Positions 38,565-48,284 of a DNA stretch of 64,000 nucleotides are shown piece by piece. The translations under genes were made by a program, and so were the position numbers. The stretch is from Candidatus Cloacimonadales bacterium (GTDB lineage: Bacteria > Cloacimonadota > Cloacimonadia > Cloacimonadales > JAIOQZ01): assembly GCA_963662655.2 (NCBI GenBank), contig CAXXTU010000002.1, forward strand, positions 1,760,001 through 1,824,000, read 5' to 3'. The first letter of the stretch is position 1. Each line of letters begins with the position of its first letter. The notes under the pieces were generated by a model. It was not told where the DNA came from. It saw only the letters and a program-made list of their open reading frames with translations, and ran no database searches.

Positions 38565-39821
38565 TCATCCTTCTGAAGGAATAATCGTAACGGCCTTCCG
38601 GTGCTTCCTGTACATCCTCCAGTTGATAAGCGCGCCTGTCAGATGGAAACACGAAGCCAGGATAAAAACCGCCCGAATCCCGATCAGCTCCATCACGATA
38701 TAGCCCAGGAACGGGGCGAGTAACCCACGCACGCCAGTCAGGGTAATATGTACGCTCTGGTACATGGAGGCATCCTCGTCACCGGCGAAATAGATTGAAC
38801 TGATGTTCCAGGATACATTCACAGCGCTCATGGCAATACCATAGATCAAGTAGGAGACGAATACCATGACAATCGAAGCGGTAATCGTCGGAGCAATATC
38901 CGCTACGACCAGGCTCAACGGGTACATTGATATCAGGATGAAACCTATACAGGTGAAGAGCATGGGATCGCGGCTATCGTGAATTTTCCCCGCAAGCGGC
39001 GAGAGAAACAACAGGCCCAGTTGCGAAACAACGCCCTTCGCGAGAAATGCGGTGGTGTATGTCATTCCGAGATCGATCACAAGGAAACGGGGGATGACGG
39101 GAACCACCATGATGAATCCCAGACCATAGACAAAGAAGCTGAACTGGAAAAGAGCAAAATCCCGGTTGCGGTTCAGGAGATTCCACGTCCGTACAAGGGG
39201 AGCCATGATGATGGTCTTCACCGCGATTCCCGATGATTTTTCCTGCGTCTCCTGCTGGTTGATCCTGATTCTCGATATTACGGCTGTCCCGATGAAGCCG
39301 AGAACGCCAATCGAAGCCAGGACATGCCGGAAGAAATGTTCGTTCGTATCGAGCAGCCTACCGCCGATAACAGTCGTGATCAAGGCCAATAGCGTCGCGA
39401 TGCTCGATATATAGCCGAAAACGCGGCCTCTGTTTTTCGGACGGAAATTCCTTTGCAGGATTGAATTCTGAATGGGAATATATAGTGCGTTGAAGGAATA
39501 CACCATCGTGAGGATAAACAGCAAGTGGTAGAAATTCGATATCCAAAGCGCCCCAAGCAAGACGAGACGTCCTCCGAAGCCAACCACCCACATGTAACGT
39601 GACTTGTTGTTGGAGCTCTCCAGAAGGCGTCCCCACCAAATGGAAAAGAAATTGGACACCGGCCATACCATTGCCAGAAGCGTGATTTGCCAGTCGGCAG
39701 CATCCAGGGCTTTCTTGGCAATGATATCCTGCATCGCGCCCAACGCCATGAAAAACCCGTTGAGCACTCCGCCCGGTAAAAACCTGCTGAGAGTCTCTTT
39801 TTCGATGCGATCCATCTTCAT
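38565..39821 (-). CDS. MFS transporter
   Basis: About 12 TM; RGRVFG and G.RGLLAPFLG patterns. Confidence 0.8.
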   Translation of the reverse strand: MKMDRIEKETLSRFLPGGVLNGFFMALGAMQDIIAKKALDAADWQITLLAMVWPVSNFFSIWWGRLLESSNNKSRYMWVVGFGGRLVLLGALWISNFYHLLFILTMVYSFNALYIPIQNSILQRNFRPKNRGRVFGYISSIATLLALITTVIGGRLLDTNEHFFRHVLASIGVLGFIGTAVISRIRINQQETQEKSSGIAVKTIIMAPLVRTWNLLNRNRDFALFQFSFFVYGLGFIMVVPVIPRFLVIDLGMTYTTAFLAKGVVSQLGLLFLSPLAGKIHDSRDPMLFTCIGFILISMYPLSLVVADIAPTITASIVMVFVSYLIYGIAMSAVNVSWNISSIYFAGDEDASMYQSVHITLTGVRGLLAPFLGYIVMELIGIRAVFILASCFHLTGALINWRMYRKHRKAVTIIPSEG

Positions 39822-40005
39822 AAGCTGTTTTCCATATTGAGAAGATATCCAAATCCAAATGCCATGCTCGATATTTTCTCAATCTTGCCAATCGATTTTC
39901 CTTACCGGAATGATAATTATAATTTTTACATAACGATACAGGTTTTTTGCTGAAGCGCAATCATTCCTCGTCGGTATAACCAATGTACCTTGCAAAGGAG
40001 ATAAT

Positions 40006-40812
40006 ATGCATCCAGCGCTACCGAATTTCTTTATCATCGGCGGAATGAACTGCGGCACGACCAGCCTGCTCGAATACCTGAAGCTTCATCCCGAAATATT
40101 TATGTCAACTCCTAAAGAGCCGAGCTTTCCTGGATGGAAAGGGAGTTGCCTGGTACAAAAGCCTGTTTGACGGGTCTTACCCGCTACGTGGCGAATCAAC
40201 GGACAACTACACAAAATTCCCTGGGTACAAGAACGCCCCCGATCGCATCAAGAAAATGGTCCCCGATGCGAAGTTGATCTACCTTGTGAGGAATCCCGTC
40301 GATCGCATCGTTTCGCATTATCGCTGGCAGGTATTTCATGCGGGAGAGCGGAGAAGCTTCAGCGAAGTGATGAAATCCCCCAAGTGGTATGTGATGGTCA
40401 GCAGCTACTATTCGCAACTGGCGCAATACCTCAAACATTTTCGCCTGATCAGATCAAGATCATTCAATTCAACGATCTCGTGAAGAATCGGGTCGAAACC
40501 ATACAGAATGTTTTCCGCTTTCTGGGAGCGGATGATACGTTTGTGCATGAAGGTTTTCACAAGACCCACAACCAATCGAAGGATCGGAAAGTATTGAACT
40601 CTCTTGGACTGGTATTAGCGAGAAACCCGCAATATCAAAGGCTTTTGCGCAACGAGGTGCTGCAGGAACCTCATAAAAATTTATACCAGGCAGTGGAGAA
40701 GCCTTTGGTGACGCCGGCAATTCGGCAACGGCTTCTGGAAAGGCTGTTTCCGGATATCAGCAAGCTCGAAGCTTACACCGGCTGGGACCTCAGAGAGTGG
40801 TACGCCATGTAG
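40006..40812 (+). pseudogene. Sulfotransferase, frameshifted twice (pseudogene or sequencing error)
   Basis: AGGAG RBS; MHPALPNFFIIGGMNCGTTSL...KEPSF; shift near 40130 into WYKSLF..GES..Y..PDAKLIYLVRNPVDR; shift near 40440 into PDQIKI. Confidence 0.8.
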
Positions 40813-40899
40813 CGTCTTCGTCCAACCCGAAATGCAGGTGTCCAGCTTTCAACCCGGGTTGAACGAATCCGCTACACCAATCCATTCGAAGGCGAGTTA

Positions 40900-41367
40900 T
40901 CAGTCCTGGAAGAACTTGCGAAGAGGCTCCGGAATTTCTTCCATCAGTTTTGGCCCGGAGCCGATAATGATCTTGCCTTCCGCGTAACGCTTCCGGCTCT
41001 CGGTCGCTTCTTCCTGCGCCCAGCGCTCCACTCCGATTTTCTTCATCCGCATGAGATTGTAGACCTTCTGGTTCTGGGGGTATCGATCTGCCTGCCAAAC
41101 ACACGGATGCAGAATCTTGCACGGGAATTCATCGCATTCGAAGCAGAATTCAATACCTTTGGCATTGATGCATTCCTTGCATTCACACCTTGCATTACCG
41201 ATAACTGCGCACCCATTGATCTTGCAGCCTTCGCAGGCCATGTCTTCCGGCTTGAGTCCCCGCTTTTCAGCGATAAACGAGGCAAGTTCCGGGGTGATGT
41301 TGTCCTTGTAAACCTGGCAGTTGAAGCAATCGATTCCGCAATGCGAAACGAGTTTCTTGTAATCCAT
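40900..41367 (-). CDS. DUF3795 Cys-rich protein
   Basis: CGIDCFNC, CEGC, C..KEC...KGIEFCFECDEFPC. Confidence 0.85.
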   Translation of the reverse strand: MDYKKLVSHCGIDCFNCQVYKDNITPELASFIAEKRGLKPEDMACEGCKINGCAVIGNARCECKECINAKGIEFCFECDEFPCKILHPCVWQADRYPQNQKVYNLMRMKKIGVERWAQEEATESRKRYAEGKIIIGSGPKLMEEIPEPLRKFFQD

Positions 41368-41443
41368 TTTTCCTCCTGATTTTGGACTTCCAGATGAGGT
41401 TTCACTCGGAAGCCCTGCAATGAATCATCACTTTCTAATATGA

Positions 41444-41472
41444 TTAGAGTCAGGAAGGGGGATCAGGTTACA
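41444..41472 (-). promoter_or_regulatory. Putative ECF-type promoter for the DUF3795 gene
   Basis: Minus strand TGTAACC-N14-GACTCTAA, immediately after the ECF sigma stop. Confidence 0.5.
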
Positions 41473-41479
41473 AAGTTTC

Positions 41480-42286
41480 TTAATTTTTATCGTTCAGGAT
41501 GTGGAGGCGCCCCTCTTCGCGGAGTTCCTTGATGTGTTTTTTGAACTCGGGGTAATTGATCCCCCGGATATCCGTATAATACAGGTGCTCGAAATCGAGG
41601 ACCGTGTTCAGTTCCTCTCGATAGCGACGAGCGCTGTCCCGCTCCTGCTGAGGGATTGCGCGAATTGTCAGCAGCTTCTCGGTCTGCCTGTTCTTGTATA
41701 GATGATTTGCGAATGTGCTGCAGCAGCACACGCCGTCTTTGCAAACCAGCGAGCATCTGCCGTCGAAATGGGATTTTATGATCTCACGTGCGCGGTGCAG
41801 GTCGGTTTTCACAACCGCCTCGCTGCATTCGAGTATATCCGCGGTATCCGCGACAGTGAACTCGAGGATAACCCGTAATGTGAATACAACGCGATACTTG
41901 GGAGGCATGCAATTCATAAACATTTGCAAGCACGATTGCTTCACGCGCTCGACAAGATACTGATCCTCCGAATCGCCGGCAGAATTGATGACATGATATA
42001 CCTGATTCTCCGTCATCTGGTGCTCCTCGGCGTAGTTCGTCACGTGGAGCCGCCGTTCTTTCTTCATGGTCTGGCGTGCGGTGTTCACCGTAATCCGGTA
42101 CAACCATGTGAAAGGCGAGCTATCACCACGGAAGTCGTCCCATCCCTTGTACGCGTTCAGAAAGGCGTTTTGCAGAACATCTTCCGCGTCTTCTTTATTG
42201 CCAGTAAACCTGAAGACCATGGTGTAAAGTCGCTGATAGTGCTCTTTGAATAGGTTATCAAATGTTCTTTTTGCGCTCTCGGTCAT
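41480..42286 (-). CDS. ECF sigma factor with a Cys-rich C-terminal extension
   Basis: DAEDVLQ.AF..A, F.G.SS..TWLY.I..N, region 4 HTH; extension GRCSLVCKDGVCCC; AGGAG RBS before MTES. Confidence 0.9.
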   Translation of the reverse strand: MTESAKRTFDNLFKEHYQRLYTMVFRFTGNKEDAEDVLQNAFLNAYKGWDDFRGDSSPFTWLYRITVNTARQTMKKERRLHVTNYAEEHQMTENQVYHVINSAGDSEDQYLVERVKQSCLQMFMNCMPPKYRVVFTLRVILEFTVADTADILECSEAVVKTDLHRAREIIKSHFDGRCSLVCKDGVCCCSTFANHLYKNRQTEKLLTIRAIPQQERDSARRYREELNTVLDFEHLYYTDIRGINYPEFKKHIKELREEGRLHILNDKN

Positions 42287-42392
42287 CCAATCTACTCCTT
42301 GCTGAATTGCGGGCATTTTTTAAGGAAATGCCGATCTGTCAACGGGTTTCTGCTAAACTTCGAACACGTCTGGAAGTCTTGGGGTTACTGCT

Positions 42393-42574
42393 GCCTGGGG
42401 GCGCGGCGTGGGAAGCCCTGCGACCGCAGCAGCATGTTTGAATTGATCAAATTATTCGAACAAACATGCTGCTGCGGTCTTATCGGGGCTTCCCGTAACA
42501 CTGCTGGGCGGTTTCTTATTGGAAACCGCCCAGCAGTGTTACGTGTGCAAGGCACACACGCCGCGCCCCCGGGC
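42393..42574 (+). repeat. Four-way-junction element family 2, copy 1
   Basis: P1 42393-42409/42558-42574; P2 42410-42420/42484-42494 enclosing a perfect 19-bp stem; P3 21-bp perfect 42495-42542; P4 GTGTGC-AAG-GCACAC. Confidence 0.9.
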
Positions 42575-42654
42575 TCGGTTGGTTGCTCGCCATCGAGTCG
42601 TGAATCTGTTTGACAGGAAAGCATCTCCGATAATCCTGACTGGAAGGAGACAGG

Positions 42655-43284
42655 ATGTCAGATACATTATACACGATCGAGAATGATCGCTCGCACGAGA
42701 TCAAGATTCAGCGATCGAGGTTTATCTGTTCCATGCGGCACGTAACCAGCCTGGAAGACGCGAAGGCGTTCATCTCGGAGATCGCAGCGCAACACAAGCA
42801 GGCAAATCACAACTGCTGGGCCTACGTCGTGGGCGATAACGGCGAACTCTTTCACGCGTCCGATGCGGGAGAACCTTCCGGCACAGCCGGCAAACCCATG
42901 CTGAATTCCCTGAAGCGGCACAACCTGACGAAGGTATCCGTCGTCGTTACACGCTATTTCGGCGGAATCAAACTGGGCATCCGCGGCTTGATCGAAGCTT
43001 ATACTCAAGCCGTTGAAGAATGCATCCAAACCCACCCGCTCAAGAAAATCTTGTACCTGCGCCATTTCAATATCGTTACAGATTACGGTTTCGCCGAGAC
43101 CCTGAAGCACCGAATCTCCGGTTTGAAAGGCAATGTCGCCGACGCCTCGTACACTGATAAGGTTACACTTACGGTGGATGTGGAAATGGACAATAGCCAG
43201 TCGCTCTTCGATTTCCTTACCGAATTGCAACAAAGCGGAACGCTGAAGTTTCACGAGATGGACCACGCCGAAGTCGAAGAATAA
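42655..43284 (+). CDS. yigZ: IMPACT/YigZ family protein
   Basis: I..SRFI, A.HNCWAY, SDAGEPSGTAG.PML, VVTRYFGGIKLG. Confidence 0.9.
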   Translation: MSDTLYTIENDRSHEIKIQRSRFICSMRHVTSLEDAKAFISEIAAQHKQANHNCWAYVVGDNGELFHASDAGEPSGTAGKPMLNSLKRHNLTKVSVVVTRYFGGIKLGIRGLIEAYTQAVEECIQTHPLKKILYLRHFNIVTDYGFAETLKHRISGLKGNVADASYTDKVTLTVDVEMDNSQSLFDFLTELQQSGTLKFHEMDHAEVEE

Positions 43285-43505
43285 ATAGGAAACGCTATCA
43301 AACACATTTGCCACAGACGAGAAAATCATTGACATGGAAGCCAATCCTCAACATTATTCAATAATATGAAAAATCCGTTGCATATTAATGAATTACGCGC
43401 ATCATTAAGTAATCCAAATATGCTGCGGAACGCGTTTTGCATTATAATATATAGTAGCGGGATGGCATCGAGTCATCGCGCTTACGGGGAATGCAAACAG
43501 GAGAG

Positions 43506-44318
43506 ATGGAGGAAGAATTGTCATACCGGGTAGGATTCTTGCAGTTTAAGCCGGTTCATCATAAGCCCGATGAAAACCTGAGCTACATACAGAAACAGCT
43601 TTCCGGAGCGCCGGAAGCCGATCTGATCGTGTTGCCGGAACTGGCTACAACCGGCTACCTCTTCAAGGATCGAGCAGAGCTCGATGCGCTTGCGGAAGAT
43701 CCCTGCACCGGCTCGACTGCGGTTTTGCTCAAGAAGCTTTCCCAAGAGAAGAATACAAGCTATGTCATTGGCTTTGCGGAGAAAGCGACTAATGGACTCT
43801 ACAACTCGTCCATGCTCGTCAATCCCGACGGCAACATCTACCTCTATCGCAAAATACACCTGTTCGATGATGAGAAAAGAGTGTTCGATTCCGGAGACTT
43901 GGGCTTTCCGGTGTACGAAGCAAAAAACGGCATCAAAGTCGGGCTGATGATCTGCTTCGACTGGATATTCCCCGAATCTGCACGAACCCTCGCCCTCAAA
44001 GGCGCGCAGATACTCTGCCATTCTGTTAACCTGGTTCTACCATGGTGCCAGCAGGCAATGCTGACAAGGACGCTGGAGAACGGCGTTTTCGCCATCACTG
44101 CCAACCGTTTCGGCAGGGAGACTTACGCAGGTAGCGACCTGACATTCACCGGCCAGTCACAGATCGTCACGAACAAAGGGGCGATTGCTTATCGGGCCTC
44201 CGAGCAAACTGATGAGATCGTCATCCGTCAGATCGAGCCGGAAGAGGCTTTGAATAAAATGATTACGGGCAGAAATCATCTGCTCGATGACAGACGTCCA
44301 GATATGTACAAAAAATAG
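43506..44318 (+). CDS. Carbon-nitrogen hydrolase (nitrilase superfamily); start uncertain
   Basis: LPEL..TGY, YRKIHLF, ICFDW.FPE (E-K-C triad). Confidence 0.9.
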   Translation: MEEELSYRVGFLQFKPVHHKPDENLSYIQKQLSGAPEADLIVLPELATTGYLFKDRAELDALAEDPCTGSTAVLLKKLSQEKNTSYVIGFAEKATNGLYNSSMLVNPDGNIYLYRKIHLFDDEKRVFDSGDLGFPVYEAKNGIKVGLMICFDWIFPESARTLALKGAQILCHSVNLVLPWCQQAMLTRTLENGVFAITANRFGRETYAGSDLTFTGQSQIVTNKGAIAYRASEQTDEIVIRQIEPEEALNKMITGRNHLLDDRRPDMYKK

Positions 44319-44362
44319 AAGTAATAAAAACGAACAGTAAAGAATCACAAGGAGAGAAACTC

Positions 44363-47300
44363 ATGCGAAATCTGTTACTTACAATAGTACTGGTTTTGAC
44401 CGTATTTTCGCTGGCAGCCAAATCGGTTGACTTCAGTGCGACCGTCAATAACCCACCGATCGAACGAAGCGGAAATCCGGCTTCGGACGCAAACTTCGTA
44501 ATGGCGGAAACTGGCGAACCCATGCTTCCCTTCGAGAGCTACAACCTGGTTCTTCCTTACGGAACCTCGGTTGACGACATCGTCGTCGAACTCACCGATT
44601 ACACCGTTCTTGGTGGAGAATGGGACATTCCTCATGTCAACGCTCCATCCCGTACCGGCGCCCCCGTTTTCGAAACACCACGCAACGAAGCGATCTACAG
44701 ATCGAATGCCCCTTACCCGGCAAACGATTTCGAACTCGTGACCGTTCAGCGTCTTGCAGGTATCGACATCGCTGTCATCAACGTTTATCCTTACAAGTAT
44801 TCACCGGCATCCAAGGAACTTGGATACTATCGGAATATCGATATCCATATCGATGCCCAGGACGACAACTCGGTCCGCGAAGAACAAAATCGTAAGATTT
44901 GCAAGTCCGAAAGCGTCATGAAGCGCATTAATATCCTTACCGCTAATCCTGAAAACGTTTCAACCTATCCAAACTACAACACACCGAATCACGAGAGAAA
45001 CCTGGTTGATCCTAACGATCCATACCAGTACATTATCGTTTGTGGCGCGGCCTACGTTGACCTCTTCGAGGACTATGCCGATTGGAAGGGCGAACACGGT
45101 GTAACCGCGGGTGTTTTCACAATCGAATCGATCTATACCGAGTACTCCGGTACCCAGCAGGGCAAGCTTCGTGCTTTCATTACCGATGCCTATGAAAACT
45201 GGGCAAACTCTTCAACTCCTCTCGAATACGTGCTTCTCGCCGGCGATGACGAAATCATCCCGATTCGTGGGGTATGGGGTCACGTAAACGAGACCGACAA
45301 CTCAATCCCCTGCGACATGTACTACGGCTGTCTCGACGGTACCTGGAACGCCGATAACGATCAGATTTACGGCGAAACAAGCGATAACGCGGACCTTTAC
45401 GCCGAAGTGCACATCGGACGATATCCTGGCGACACCATGGAAGACTTCGAAAACATGATCTTCAAGACAATCCAGTATGTTGACTTCCCAGCGGCCTCCA
45501 TCGACAAGTGTACGCTCGTCGGTGAGCAGCTTGACGATTACCCGACATACGGTGGCGACTACAAAGATGAAATCGCGAACAGCACAACCATGCTTCCTTC
45601 GTACTATAACGTCTCTACCTTCTATGAAAGGGACGGGACCTTCGATACCGGCGACCTGATCGATCATATCAACGATGATCAAGCTGGCTTGATGAACCAC
45701 ATGGGACACTGCGACTACAATTATGCGATGAGCCTCACACCTGCTCAAATCCAGAATCTTCATAACACCGAATATCCATTCGTCTACTCTCAAGGCTGCT
45801 ACGCGCTCGCGTTCGATCAGCAAACCAGTGGCGACGTGGAATGTATCGGCGAAAACATGCTTTTCAACGATGCCGGCTGGTTCGCTTTCTGCGGTAACAC
45901 CCGTTACGGCTGGTATGCAAACGGAAGCACCAACGGTGCATCACAGCAGTTCGACAAGAAGTACTTCCAGTCACTGTTCTACAACGAAATTCGCGAAATG
46001 TCCGCGGCCCTCGCAAACTCGAAAGAGCAGCTTGTGGCTTACGTCAATTCCGGTAGCGGAACCTATCGCTGGGTCTACTACGAAATGGTTCTCTTCGGCG
46101 ATCCGGAAGTGGCAATCTACAACGGCGAAGGCAACATGCCCGACCTCGACATCTTCTATCAGCAAGTGCTTGAATATGGCGGAGACGGCGACGGCATCCT
46201 CAATCCCGGCGAGCAAGCCCAGGTTGTCATCATGTTGATCAACAACCCGGGAACCGGCGTTGCAGCAAATTCATCCGCAACCCTGGTTACCGATAACGAA
46301 TATGTCGAAATCATCGACGGTCATCGTGATTTCGGTAGCCTCGCTGCCGGCGCAACAGCTGACAACTACAGCTCACCGTTTATCATCCAGCTTTCGGAAG
46401 ACTGCCCGGTTGGCGAAATCAACTTCACCGTTGAACTCAGCGCCAACGCAGGTTCCGAAACTTACTTCGTGAAGCAATACGCGCTCACGGCGACCAGTCT
46501 GCTTTACTACCCGAACTTCCCATTCACAACGCAGACTTCCGTATACTCGTCACCGATCGTGGCGGACGTCGATGCCGACGGTAACGAAGAAATCGTTTCC
46601 GCCGACGCATCTGGCAATATCTATGCCCTCAGATCAAACGGCAACAACATCAGCGGATTCCCTGTGGCAACCGGTTCCAATATCAGAACCAACGTCGCTA
46701 TGGGTAACCTCGACGCGGACGAGCAGCTTGAGATTGCCTCCATCTCGTTCGATCACATCCTTACGATCGTGGACAACGATGGAACCATCATGTATCAGAA
46801 TTCAGATTACCAGGTGTTCATGAATTCTCCGACCATCGCCGACATCGCCGGTGACGCAAGAGAAGAAGTGATCTTCGGTAACATGAACCATTACCTTTAC
46901 GCTCTCGATGCTACCGGCACTCCGGTGACCAACTTCCCGGTCGAGCTACCGGACAGGATCCTTGGCGGCGCGGCAGTCGGCGATGTTGACAGCGACGGAC
47001 AGAAGGAAATCGTTGTGGGATGTTTCAACGGCAACCTTTACATCGTTGAATCCGACGGAAGCTACCGCAGCGTGACTCTCAGCGGTCAATTCTCGACCAC
47101 TCCGCTGATTTTCGGAAGCGGCAAGATCGCTATCGGCAGCAGCGACAGTCATGTCTACATTATCGAATCGGATGCCGTCGTGCAGGATATTACTCTCGAC
47201 GCGAAAGTATCGAAAGGGATCATCGCTGCCGATTTCGACGGTGACGACGATTACGAGCTTGCATTCTCGCTCGAGAATGGCACAACATACATCATGGAAG

Positions 47301-47977
47301 ACGACGGTACGGTCTTCAACGGCTGGCCTATTGACCTCGGCGCGGGTGTCGATGGAACCCCGGTTGCCGGAGATATTGACGGCGACGGAATGATCGACCT
47401 GCTCGTTCTGAACTCGGAAGGTACGATCCAGGGCAAGAACATCAGCGGCGAAGACCTTCAAAACTTCCCGATCGGCTACGGGATCCCGACCCAGAGCTCT
47501 GTAAGCATCTGTAATGTCGATCGCAACGCTTCCGCTGAACTTGCTGCCGGAACCAACACCGGCGTTTCTCTGTGGGATATCAAGTTGAACTGCGGCGATC
47601 TGAACGTGTGGCCGTACCTTTACGGAGACATCGGTCGTACATCCTGTACCCAGACCATCGTAGCGAACGACGACGATACCGTTCCCGAAGTGATTACTTC
47701 GCTGACGGGCAACTATCCGAATCCGTTCAATCCCGAAACCACAATCAAATTCTCGATCTCAGATCAAGACAGCAAGCAGCCTGTAAGTCTCAAGATTTAC
47801 AACATCAAGGGCCAGCTTGTGAAGACGATCGTGAACGAAAAACTCGCTACGGGCGAGCATTTCCTGACCTGGCAGGGTAACAGCGATACCGGTAAATCGG
47901 TTGCATCCGGTATTTACTTCTATCGCCTCACCACATCGTCATCCAGCCAGAACCGCAAAATGCTCCTGCTGAAATAA
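44363..47977 (+). CDS. Secreted C25 (gingipain-like) peptidase with FG-GAP repeats and a FlgD/T9SS-like C-terminal domain
   Basis: Signal peptide; GEPMLP propeptide; YVLLAGD, IGRYP, NHMGH, SQGC, LFGDP; DVD.DG..EI repeats; NYPNPFNPET...SGIYFY. Confidence 0.9.
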   Translation: MRNLLLTIVLVLTVFSLAAKSVDFSATVNNPPIERSGNPASDANFVMAETGEPMLPFESYNLVLPYGTSVDDIVVELTDYTVLGGEWDIPHVNAPSRTGAPVFETPRNEAIYRSNAPYPANDFELVTVQRLAGIDIAVINVYPYKYSPASKELGYYRNIDIHIDAQDDNSVREEQNRKICKSESVMKRINILTANPENVSTYPNYNTPNHERNLVDPNDPYQYIIVCGAAYVDLFEDYADWKGEHGVTAGVFTIESIYTEYSGTQQGKLRAFITDAYENWANSSTPLEYVLLAGDDEIIPIRGVWGHVNETDNSIPCDMYYGCLDGTWNADNDQIYGETSDNADLYAEVHIGRYPGDTMEDFENMIFKTIQYVDFPAASIDKCTLVGEQLDDYPTYGGDYKDEIANSTTMLPSYYNVSTFYERDGTFDTGDLIDHINDDQAGLMNHMGHCDYNYAMSLTPAQIQNLHNTEYPFVYSQGCYALAFDQQTSGDVECIGENMLFNDAGWFAFCGNTRYGWYANGSTNGASQQFDKKYFQSLFYNEIREMSAALANSKEQLVAYVNSGSGTYRWVYYEMVLFGDPEVAIYNGEGNMPDLDIFYQQVLEYGGDGDGILNPGEQAQVVIMLINNPGTGVAANSSATLVTDNEYVEIIDGHRDFGSLAAGATADNYSSPFIIQLSEDCPVGEINFTVELSANAGSETYFVKQYALTATSLLYYPNFPFTTQTSVYSSPIVADVDADGNEEIVSADASGNIYALRSNGNNISGFPVATGSNIRTNVAMGNLDADEQLEIASISFDHILTIVDNDGTIMYQNSDYQVFMNSPTIADIAGDAREEVIFGNMNHYLYALDATGTPVTNFPVELPDRILGGAAVGDVDSDGQKEIVVGCFNGNLYIVESDGSYRSVTLSGQFSTTPLIFGSGKIAIGSSDSHVYIIESDAVVQDITLDAKVSKGIIAADFDGDDDYELAFSLENGTTYIMEDDGTVFNGWPIDLGAGVDGTPVAGDIDGDGMIDLLVLNSEGTIQGKNISGEDLQNFPIGYGIPTQSSVSICNVDRNASAELAAGTNTGVSLWDIKLNCGDLNVWPYLYGDIGRTSCTQTIVANDDDTVPEVITSLTGNYPNPFNPETTIKFSISDQDSKQPVSLKIYNIKGQLVKTIVNEKLATGEHFLTWQGNSDTGKSVASGIYFYRLTTSSSSQNRKMLLLK

Positions 47978-47994
47978 TTAGCTTTCAAGCAAAC

Positions 47995-48031
47995 GAAAAA
48001 CGCCCAATCGTCGATTGGGCGTTTTTCTTTT
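47995..48031 (+). terminator. Bidirectional Rho-independent terminator
   Basis: GAAAAACGCCCAATCG-T-CGATTGGGCGTTTTTC followed by TTTT. Confidence 0.9.
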
Positions 48032-48059
48032 TACGAGGTACAAGCTTCAGGTTGTGTGC

Positions 48060-48223
48060 CCACCAGCGCGGCGGGGCGGCGTTGGAAGCCTGGCATGTGC
48101 AAGTCATTATCTGATTCGGGAACTTTGCGCTGAATGGAGTCTTGAGAACGCTGGTCGACCGGCTTCCTGATCGATGTACATCGATCGTGCGCGAAGCGCA
48201 CACGCCGCCCCGCCGCGCGGTGG
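48060..48223 (+). repeat. Four-way-junction element family 2, copy 2
   Basis: P1 GCGCGGCGGGGCGGCGT/ACGCCGCCCCGCCGCGC; P2 GGAAGCC/GGCTTCC; P3 GATCGATGTACATCGATC; P4 GTGCGC-GAA-GCGCAC. Confidence 0.88.
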
Positions 48224-48284
48224 ATCGACGGTTGGAAGTAGAAGCACGTTAGCGGAAAGAGATGGATGAACGGGGTATGGTGAA

